Assembly (NCBI GenBank): GCA_038063795.1
Contig: JBBTUM010000134.1
Span: 1-24,610 of the forward strand
DNA length: 24,610 bases
Direction: 5' to 3'
From: Patescibacteria group bacterium
GTDB lineage: Bacteria > Patescibacteriota > Patescibacteriia > UBA1558 > 2-01-FULL-52-15
Shown here: one piece after another, positions 1-6,632 of the stretch
Layout of the letters: each line of letters opens with the position of its first letter
How positions within the stretch are numbered: position 1 is the stretch's first letter
Program-made: the position numbers and the translations under genes
Notes under the pieces: model-generated
The model's database searches: none
What the model saw: the letters and a program-made list of their open reading frames with translations, nothing else
What the model was told of the DNA's origin: nothing

Positions 1-1645
1 TCATTCCATGATTTTCATAGTGCGCGTCGGGTGAGAGGACCGGCACCTTGGAGCGACACAGAACTTTCGTCGGATCTGCAAGGTCAAGGAGCATAGCACC
101 CAGTTTGTAGCGGTCAGGATCGCGGACGTCCATGGCATGATAGAACAGCAGCCAGCCCTGGTCGGTCTTGATAGGCGGAGAACCGGCTCCCCGCGTCCAG
201 TTATCCCAGGCGCCTACCCGTGGTGCTCTGCCATAGCAGCTTCTGATCTTTTTTCTGCCTTTTTCCAGATCATCGAGAGAGTCGACATACTCGATCAGTA
301 TGTCCGGGGAAATGCTGTGCAAGAGCGCGTACTTACCCTTGATCTTTTCAGGAAACAGTACCCAATTCTTGTGAACTTCGTTCGATGGCGAGAGCAAAAC
401 CGCCTTCTTCCAGCGCCAGCGGTGTGCGAGAAAATCTTTGACCGCTATCGAAGTCAGTGCAACCCGCGGATAGTTCCAGCCATTGTACGCGACGTACGTC
501 ATATAATAGCGGTCACCAATGCGGCATACTCGCGGGTCTTCGCAGCCGCCCCAGGTGCCACCGGATTGGTATTGGTTCGGGATCCCGTCATGCGATACGT
601 TCTTTCCCTCGTATCCCTCGCGAGGCGCATACGCAGGGTCGGAAAGGCGCTCGTCAAAATGAACGCCGTCAGCGCTCGAAGCATACCCCAGTACCGAAAG
701 GTCGCTGTCGCCTATCGCCCGGTACATGAGATGTACTCTCCCGTCCTCATACACCGCGGCAGGATTGAACGTCGCTTTGGATTCCCATCGGTTGCCGGTG
801 TTCGGGCGTATGATCGGATTGCCGTCATGCCGTGCCAGTTCCGGACGATGATCGACCGTAAGCGCTTCTAGTTTATCGCCGGGCAGACACAGAGAAACGA
901 ACAGGTGACCGTACCGATCCTGCCAGTAGTACAGCGTTTGATCGTGTATATCGGCGACACCGATCGGCTTGACCGCATGCCTCCATGAGCTTGGCTGCTC
1001 CCAGACCGGTCCGTCGCTGCGCCATATGCACATGGTCGGTCGTTTCGGATCGAACACCGCGACACCGATAGAGTATCGGGTCTGCCGCTTGACTTGCTTC
1101 TTCGTATAGTAGGTCAATTCGATCCCCCTGTCGGTCAGCCGGGCGCGCGCAGGTTCCAGAGGATGCTCATCGAATTCACCGGGTCGCGGTTCGAGCACCG
1201 GAGTCGAATAAATGTGCCATTGGCGCAGATTATGGGACGATGCGAGATGTATCTGCCTGTCGCCAAAGAACATCAGATACCGATGTTCAGGCAGCGGCGT
1301 CTCGACAACAGTGCTGCAATGCTCGATATCCTGGAAGTACCCCTGCGTCAACCAAAAATTGATGTCGTGCGCCACCGCAATGTTCAGAGTGCGCTTCTTT
1401 GCTCGCCGCTGCCGCGTATATGACATGAAAAAAACATCCTTGTTGGATGTTACTCTGAACGAAGCGCACTCGTTCAAATTCCTCAAAAGTCCGTTTTCAC
1501 CGCACAACTCGGAAGTTTCACCTGTGTCCCGGAAGTGGACACCGTCATCACTTGCAGCGACAACGAAGACTTTATAGCCAGCCCTTTTTTTTCGATATAA
1601 GAGAAATACCCGGTTATCTTTTACTGCAACCGCCGCCTCTTGCAT
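1..1645 (-). CDS. GH130-family glycosidase/phosphorylase-like protein with tandem domains (degenerate N-terminal copy plus intact C-terminal copy); 3' end lies beyond the window
   Basis: Manually translated open frame from ATG 1645 off the left edge, absent from the ORF track. C-terminal domain has WESKATFNPAAV..VHLMYRA, GGCEDPRV..YYMTYVAYNG, KNWVLFPEKIKGKYALLH, GAGSPPIKTDQGWLLFYH and YKLGAMLLDLADPTKVL. In-frame TAG at 1670-1672 bounds the 5' end. Confidence 0.9.
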   Translation of the reverse strand, partial: MQEAAVAVKDNRVFLLYRKKRAGYKVFVVAASDDGVHFRDTGETSELCGENGLLRNLNECASFRVTSNKDVFFMSYTRQRRAKKRTLNIAVAHDINFWLTQGYFQDIEHCSTVVETPLPEHRYLMFFGDRQIHLASSHNLRQWHIYSTPVLEPRPGEFDEHPLEPARARLTDRGIELTYYTKKQVKRQTRYSIGVAVFDPKRPTMCIWRSDGPVWEQPSSWRHAVKPIGVADIHDQTLYYWQDRYGHLFVSLCLPGDKLEALTVDHRPELARHDGNPIIRPNTGNRWESKATFNPAAVYEDGRVHLMYRAIGDSDLSVLGYASSADGVHFDERLSDPAYAPREGYEGKNVSHDGIPNQYQSGGTWGGCEDPRVCRIGDRYYMTYVAYNGWNYPRVALTSIAVKDFLAHRWRWKKAVLLSPSNEVHKNWVLFPEKIKGKYALLHSISPDILIEYVDSLDDLEKGRKKIRSCYGRAPRVGAWDNWTRGAGSPPIKTDQGWLLFYHAMDVRDPDRYKLGAMLLDLADPTKVLCRSKVPVLSPDAHYENHGM

Positions 1646-1684
1646 GGAGAAAGACGAATTTGTAATGCGCTAGAGCGCAAAAGA

Positions 1685-1693
1685 ATTATACCA
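1685..1693 (-). promoter_or_regulatory. Extended -10 promoter (TGGTATAAT) for the GH130 gene
   Basis: TGnTATAAT about 40 nt upstream of ATG 1645; no good -35. Confidence 0.5.
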
Positions 1694-1741
1694 CTTTTGA
1701 GGTCCTTCAGCTAGACCCCATGCAGCGAGCCACAACGACAA

Positions 1742-1764
1742 TGGGCGGCCTTAACGGCCGCCCA
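1742..1764 (-). terminator. Probable intrinsic terminator downstream of tRNA-Glu
   Basis: 9-bp GC stem TGGGCGGCC/GGCCGCCCA with 5-nt loop; only a partial U tract. Confidence 0.5.
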
Positions 1765-1799
1765 CGATTCGATTGGCAAAATTTCTGTAAGTCAGATTC

Positions 1800-1874
1800 T
1801 GGTACCGCTACGGGGAATCGAACCCCGGTTTACAGGATGAAAACCTGTTGTCCTAACCACTAGACGATAGCGGC
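1800..1874 (-). tRNA. tRNA-Glu (TTC)
   Basis: GCCGCTA/TAGCGGT acceptor stem, D loop AGTGG, anticodon arm ACAGG-TTTTCAT-CCTGT, GGTTCGATTCC T arm, encoded CCA. Confidence 0.97.
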
Positions 1875-2058
1875 GTAAAAATTTTATTTCTGTTTAAGGT
1901 TCGACTCTCCGTCCTCTACGACCTTGTCACCGAGGCAAAGGATGCTACCGCCTGTGGCGGGGTCCCGCCGAAGCGGAGAAAAACCTGATGCCTGCCCACC
2001 GTAACTCCGAGGGAGCGAAGGCGGAGACGATGGGGACGCAACGTCTAAAACGTTCCTT

Positions 2059-2087
2059 ATAGTAGAATAAATAAGATACTCCGTCAA
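2059..2087 (-). promoter_or_regulatory. Sigma70 promoter for tRNA-Glu
   Basis: TTGACG-17 nt-TACTAT on the minus strand. Confidence 0.65.
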
Positions 2088-2096
2088 TGAACGCTG

Positions 2097-2125
2097 TTGA
2101 AGTATCTCGCGTTCTGGCCTATACT
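2097..2125 (+). promoter_or_regulatory. Sigma70 promoter for the hsp20 operon (near-leaderless transcript)
   Basis: TTGAAG-17 nt-TATACT ending 9 nt before ATG 2135; supports 2135 rather than 2087 as the start. Confidence 0.6.
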
Positions 2126-2134
2126 ACATGTACT

Positions 2135-2623
2135 ATGTTCGGAAAAAAGAAAAAACAAGAGACAGAGAAAAGCGGGCATCAGTCCGAGAGCTTTCTCGAT
2201 ACGACCCGCGTCAGGACCGGGGACGAGGAACCGAGAAGCGACCTTTCCGGTCTCGAGAACCAACCCGAGTGGATAGACGAAGAGCAGGAGGAAGGTCAGC
2301 TTTCCGTGGATGTCTATCAGGAGGGTGAGAGCATGGTCGTCAAATCAACGATCGCGGGCATCGAGCCTGAGGACGTCGATATCTCCCTCACGAACGACAT
2401 GCTGACCATCCGCGGTGAGCGAAAACGGGACATCTCAAAGAAAGACCGTCATTACTTTTTCGAGGAGTGCTACTGGGGTTCTTTCTCCCGTTCCATCATT
2501 CTGCCTGTCGAGGTCGACATCAAGAAGATTGACGCCACCATCAAGAACGGCATTCTCACGGTCACTCTGCCGATCATCGAAAGCAAAACGAAGAAACAGA
2601 TCAGCGTTAAAGATGAAGAATAA
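2135..2623 (+). CDS. hsp20: Hsp20/alpha-crystallin small heat shock protein
   Basis: LSVDVYQ..VVKSTIAGIEPEDVDIS..LTIRGER..EECYWGSFSRSIILPVEVD..A..KNGILTVTLP alpha-crystallin motifs. Confidence 0.93.
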   Translation: MFGKKKKQETEKSGHQSESFLDTTRVRTGDEEPRSDLSGLENQPEWIDEEQEEGQLSVDVYQEGESMVVKSTIAGIEPEDVDISLTNDMLTIRGERKRDISKKDRHYFFEECYWGSFSRSIILPVEVDIKKIDATIKNGILTVTLPIIESKTKKQISVKDEE

Positions 2624-2835
2624 TGCTGCTCCCGAACCTCAAGGTCACGGTCGCTGAGGTCACTGACGCCTTTCTCCTTCTGAAAACCGAGCAAGGCCAG
2701 ACCATCACCGTACCAAAGAATCTCATGCCGGGTGCAAGTGAGGGAATGCAGTTTTATCTGGCAGCAGATGGGAAGCCGCTTGTGAGCGCCGATACGCACG
2801 CGAAGGACGTGCTGAACGAGGTGATGGGAAAATAA
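2623..2835 (+). CDS. Small hypothetical protein, DUF3006-like beta-rich pattern
   Basis: 70 aa; ATG overlaps the hsp20 stop (TAATG); L.TEQGQTITVPKNLMP.ASEG pattern. Confidence 0.7.
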   Translation: MLLPNLKVTVAEVTDAFLLLKTEQGQTITVPKNLMPGASEGMQFYLAADGKPLVSADTHAKDVLNEVMGK

Positions 2836-2836
2836 T

Positions 2837-3631
2837 ATGGTCCATGAAGATCTCCAAAACTTAGGACTCAGCGACAAAGAAGCAAGCGTCTATCTTGCCG
2901 CGCTCGAGCTGGGAAGCGACACTGTACAGCGCATTGCTCAGAAAGCAAAGGTGAAACGAGTAACCACGTATGTGGTGCTTCAAACACTTCTCAAAAAAGG
3001 ACTCGTCAGCAAAATAGATAAGAGCAAAAAAACTCTTTTCATCGCTGAGGAGCCTTCTCGTCTTGTACGATTTATCGAGCAGCAGATCAAGGATCTTGAC
3101 TTCAAAAAAAATACCATTCAAGGCCTGATATCGCAATTGAAATTGATAACCAACAGTAATCCGAATAAGCCTATTGTTCGCTTTTACGAAGGCAAAGAGG
3201 GTGTAGACGCGCTTATGGACGAATTTATCAAGGAGTTTAGATCGAATGATACGACGAAACAAGATGCTTCAGATGATTCACATAATTTATTTATCGCATA
3301 TTCCCGGGATTTGTTAGAAAAAATTTTTTCAAAGGAAGAACGAGAGAGAGGACGAAAAGAGCGACTTAAAGCAAAAATTGAAGCACGCCCTCTATATAAT
3401 TGGCAAAAACCCACTGAAGACTTCAAGCTCAGCAAAGGGATTAAACTATCGTATGATCTCTTTCCCTTCCCCTGTGATATAGCTGTTTTTCAAGATAAGA
3501 TTCGCTTGATATCTCTTACAGCCGAACCAACCGCTGTCCTTATTATTGATAAAAATCTTGCCGAAGGACTACGATCTCTATTCAAGCTCGCGCATCATGG
3601 AGCTCAAGAGTTAAAAAAAAATAAAATTTGA
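2837..3631 (+). CDS. TrmB-family (winged-HTH) transcriptional regulator
   Basis: LGLSDKEASVYLAALELG..IAQKAKVKRVTTYVVLQTLLKKGLV HTH, then KPIVRFYEGKEG and a PLD-like C-terminal sensor region. Confidence 0.9.
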   Translation: MVHEDLQNLGLSDKEASVYLAALELGSDTVQRIAQKAKVKRVTTYVVLQTLLKKGLVSKIDKSKKTLFIAEEPSRLVRFIEQQIKDLDFKKNTIQGLISQLKLITNSNPNKPIVRFYEGKEGVDALMDEFIKEFRSNDTTKQDASDDSHNLFIAYSRDLLEKIFSKEERERGRKERLKAKIEARPLYNWQKPTEDFKLSKGIKLSYDLFPFPCDIAVFQDKIRLISLTAEPTAVLIIDKNLAEGLRSLFKLAHHGAQELKKNKI

Positions 3632-3645
3632 TCGAGAAATGATTA

Positions 3646-3688
3646 GGGCCCGGCCTCACGCTTGTGCGTGATGCCGGGCCCCTTTTTG
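3646..3688 (+). terminator. Intrinsic terminator of the hsp20-TrmB operon
   Basis: GGGCCCGGC..GCCGGGCCC stem with inner TCACG/CGTGA, followed by CTTTTTG. Confidence 0.8.
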
Positions 3689-3689
3689 C

Positions 3690-4018
3690 TTTGCCTGCTA
3701 CTTTTCTCCTGTCCTGGACTGAAGGTCCAGCTCATTGGAGCGTACAGAGCTCGCAACCAAACCCGCTTTCGTCTTCGGGATCTAGGCCGCAGATGAGTGA
3801 ACCGACTAACCGCTAGTCTCCCATGTTCATGTTACCTCCAAAGAAATAGTGACTTTGACACCGGCAGGGCCATTTTAGCACGGCGGGAGCGCTGCCCGAG
3901 GTCTACCTCGGGCAGCGCTTCGCTCAGGCGCTAGTGGCCCACTATTTACCTCCCTTTCTGCCCTTAAAAGGGCTGAAAATTGATCAGTTAGCGAAAAAAA
4001 AGATATTAATGTAAAGAA
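3690..4018 (-). ncRNA. Candidate structured small transcript with two SD-led tripeptide mini-ORFs
   Basis: Consensus promoter at 4025-4053; no ORF of 60 aa or more; GGAGGT followed by GTG GGC CAC TAG (3942-3931) and by ATG GGA GAC TAG (3824-3813); 14-bp hairpin 3888-3919. Ends are approximate. Confidence 0.45.
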
Positions 4019-4024
4019 CCGGAC

Positions 4025-4053
4025 AATATAGCGCACGGCGGCTTTTATGTCAA
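4025..4053 (-). promoter_or_regulatory. Sigma70 promoter (leftward) of the accessory block
   Basis: TTGACA-17 nt-TATATT. Confidence 0.75.
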
Positions 4054-4181
4054 TAGCAAGTAACAGAAAGCGTTACATCAATATTTCATTTCGAATAATC
4101 TAAAATAGCATAATTATAATCAAAATAATACTCTATATTAGCAGTATAATTGATTGTTCATTGAATTAATGTCATCGAGAC

Positions 4182-4210
4182 TTGACAGAAATTTGATAAT
4201 GCGCTAGGAT
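4182..4210 (+). promoter_or_regulatory. Sigma70 promoter (rightward) of the accessory block
   Basis: TTGACA-17 nt-TAGGAT preceded by an AT-rich tract. Confidence 0.75.
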
Positions 4211-4445
4211 GCTCTGTTAAGTCATTTTTGACTGTTCATTGTCAGATTTCGTTACAATCGCACTCCCAGCAGCTAATGTACCGCGATGGTAAATAATCAC
4301 CTTGATCGCGCACTACGAACCTGCTGGTCGTACTATCTCCCCTTTATGGGGAGACCTGGGCAAGTATAAACCTGCTTTTCCGGGTCTCCCTGTATAGGAC
4401 GAGTAACGGCAACTTGAAAAAATCAGGTCAAAAAAGGAGGTCGCC

Positions 4446-4631
4446 ATGCGGACGACGTCGCGCGCTCAGTCACTCGAACAGAAGATTATGGAGTTCCTGA
4501 AGCGGCACGGGTGTACCGCCGACGGCCGCAAACTGTCTGACGCTCCTAGCGCATTCCAGCTCAAGATGGAGCGCAAGGTCGCGACAGGACAGGGCTCCAA
4601 GGGGTGGCGCAGAAAAACACGTCGCCCTTGA
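4446..4631 (+). CDS. Small basic hypothetical protein (61 aa)
   Basis: AAGGAGG SD at 4434-4440, 5 nt before ATG; Arg/Lys-rich C-terminus. Confidence 0.7.
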   Translation: MRTTSRAQSLEQKIMEFLKRHGCTADGRKLSDAPSAFQLKMERKVATGQGSKGWRRKTRRP

Positions 4632-4930
4632 ACCAATCATTTTCGCGCATGCAGGTCGGCGCAGCGGCCCAGGCATGTATCAGGGTTCCGCCCTGTTTCC
4701 GATACCGAGGCCTGCAGGCTCCGGAACGGAAAAACAGCGGACGGGGGTTCGATAGTGGCGGCTATCGACGACTCAGGGAGCAGGGCACTTTGACCGCCAG
4801 CTCTGCTCCCACTGCGCATTAGTTCTTCGAAACCGTAGCCAAGCAGGAAAGGCTTTTGTGTCAACCTGGCGATGGCAGGTGGCGAGAGCCGAGTACATGA
4901 GTCTTGGTGAATAACCGAAAGGGGGAAACG

Positions 4931-5416
4931 TTGAAAAACGTCGCCTTCGTCACCTACAACACGGTAGGTGACAAGCTTTCGAGCGGCTGGCACGGGTCCA
5001 ACGGCCGACGTGCGCTGGTCCTCCAGAATAGCAGCGGTGATCGCTGGGCGGTAGATAAATTCTACCGAAGCGATCCTGCGAGCTATCGTCGGAGTGACCA
5101 CGCAAGCCACGTTATGGACGAGATCAGCAACCTCTGGAATGAACTCCAGACGGTATTGTCTGAGATCGACCACATCGTGGTATACGTCGGATCACGTGGA
5201 TCGGAGCAAGCCATTGCGCTTGCTGCGCAACTGCCCGCATCCAAGGTCACGTTCGTCGGCTGTGACTGTGGCATCCTCGTAAAGGAAGCCATGGTCCAGG
5301 CGGCTGGACTAGCCAAGGCGCGGCGATTGCTCTGCGAGTGTGGTGGTCACCGGACTATGGAGACTCTCTTTGAGAGCTTCATGGAAACTGGTGAGCTCCT
5401 ACCCGTGGCTGCGTAA
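4931..5416 (+). CDS. Hypothetical protein (161 aa) with VVYVG, CDC and CECGGH motifs
   Basis: TTG start preceded by AAAGGGGG; protein-like alpha/beta pattern. The ORF-track start at 4904 lacks an SD. Confidence 0.8.
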   Translation: MKNVAFVTYNTVGDKLSSGWHGSNGRRALVLQNSSGDRWAVDKFYRSDPASYRRSDHASHVMDEISNLWNELQTVLSEIDHIVVYVGSRGSEQAIALAAQLPASKVTFVGCDCGILVKEAMVQAAGLAKARRLLCECGGHRTMETLFESFMETGELLPVAA

Positions 5417-5569
5417 GCTCTCGCTTACCGAGAACGGTAACCTTCGTGGAGAAGGTGCGCACGGCTATAACGGTCGCGGTGCGCAAGCTGCCAAAGGGGA
5501 GGCCCTCCACAATCGCCCATGCGAATCCCAGAGTCGCAACCGAAAACTGCGACTACGAAAGGCGAACGC

Positions 5570-5770
5570 ATGGCCACGAGGAACAGGAGAAACTGCATCC
5601 AGTCCCTCACCGGCGCAAGCTTTGCTTGCGCCTCCACCAGAGCTGGTAATGTCATTATCATTTCTGGCGGGGTCCGATGGTTCCTCGATAGGGTTGACGG
5701 GCGCATCCATCACCTCATATTTGTCCGTGGTTTCCATGGGCTGCCGATGGTCCTTCGTGACCAAAGGTAA
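5570..5770 (+). CDS. Small hypothetical protein (66 aa)
   Basis: ATG preceded by GAAAGGCG; beta-strand-like pattern NVIIISGGVRWFLDRVDGRIHHLIFVRG. Confidence 0.55.
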   Translation: MATRNRRNCIQSLTGASFACASTRAGNVIIISGGVRWFLDRVDGRIHHLIFVRGFHGLPMVLRDQR

Positions 5771-5988
5771 GGGAGCTGGCAACCTTCGAATATGAGGCGG
5801 GTGCATGGTGATCAACCTAAACCACTTGAAACGCCACACGCCAACGTTTCAAGCGTTGCCCGCGAGAGTGCAATGTTAGAGGTGAGCAACTGATGTGAAA
5901 GCCAACGGAATGGCTTCACAACAGGGAAACCTCGAACTCTCGCATCGTACTTTTCATCAACGAAATAAACCACCACAAGGAGGCAACT

Positions 5989-6198
5989 ATGGCATGCTAT
6001 TGCAGCTACAAAGTCCGCTATCGTGGCCGCCTTGTCGAAATCGGGCTGCGATATGGATGCTACAACGGCGCCATCGTGCGAGAAGGCAAACCGCTTGCCT
6101 TCTCCGATCCCTACACCTGCGAGGATCTCAGCAGAGATACCAAAAAGCTGCTGCGGATGTTCAGGCGTCAGGTGCCGAAAACGGGTTGTTGCCCGTGA
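5989..6198 (+). CDS. Small Cys-rich hypothetical protein (69 aa)
   Basis: AAGGAGG SD at 5977-5983; six Cys (CYC..C..C..CC). Confidence 0.7.
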   Translation: MACYCSYKVRYRGRLVEIGLRYGCYNGAIVREGKPLAFSDPYTCEDLSRDTKKLLRMFRRQVPKTGCCP

Positions 6199-6303
6199 AG
6201 TACTATGGCGCAAATCTTTATTTGCGCCCTCTACCAGAACTGTGGAGTCGCTCGACAGTTGCGGTGGGGTTTATTCGTCCTCACACTGAAAAAAGGAGGA
6301 GTC

Positions 6304-6630
6304 ATGGCCAGGATCGATCTGATGTTCTGCGACGATGGTACAGGCAATGTTGCGTACGGTAGAACGATCGAGGAAGACCAGCAAGAAGATCGGGCCAATA
6401 GTGGTGACAGCACGATCGTCGCCCACGTGACCTTTGAGGAAAACGACGAAGATTTCCGGGGCGCCGTGGTGGACGTAATCTATGCAACCCACACCATCGA
6501 GTGTGCTGGCTGCGCTGGCGAGCTCGGTTGCACGGTGTTCGAAAGGTTCATTTCCGAGATCTTCAAGGCTGGCCTCGAGTATGGTCGCGCATCTGCGCTT
6601 CAATCGACAACCCCTTCCAAGGAGGAATGA
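6304..6630 (+). CDS. Acidic hypothetical protein (108 aa)
   Basis: AAGGAGG SD at 6293-6299; CAGC..C motif; C-terminal FKAGLEYGRA helix. Confidence 0.75.
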   Translation: MARIDLMFCDDGTGNVAYGRTIEEDQQEDRANSGDSTIVAHVTFEENDEDFRGAVVDVIYATHTIECAGCAGELGCTVFERFISEIFKAGLEYGRASALQSTTPSKEE

Positions 6631-6632
6631 CC

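Noticed and set aside
1434-1541. Three hairpins that looked like a structured leader for GH130 starting at ATG 1426
   Set aside because: The frame is open and GH130-like up to ATG 1645, so these hairpins lie inside the CDS.
137-1577. Plus-strand ORFs 137-871, 1094-1423 and 1212-1577
   Set aside because: Antisense shadows of the minus-strand GH130 gene, which has clear family motifs.
3813-3942. Genome-wide stop-codon recoding as the explanation for the mini-ORFs
   Set aside because: rpmF, the 12566 gene, rpsT and uvrB end in TAG, and TrmB and holA end in TGA at expected positions.
4210-4221. boxA-like TGCTCTGTTAAG near nusB
   Set aside because: Poor match after 6 nt and it straddles the predicted TSS.
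4740-4770. tRNA or tmRNA fragment around GGTTCGA
   Set aside because: No T-stem pairing, acceptor stem or CCA.
4869-4890. Fluoride or ZTP riboswitch (GGCGATGG, CTGGCG..AGGTGG)
   Set aside because: The downstream conserved elements (UUCGCC/GCUGAUGAC, or GGGAGC/CGCCUGGGC in the correct order) are absent.
5890-5930. Hammerhead ribozyme (CTGATG...GAAA)
   Set aside because: The core is CTGATGT rather than CUGAUGA and is absorbed into a continuous stem; no stem III/UH arrangement.
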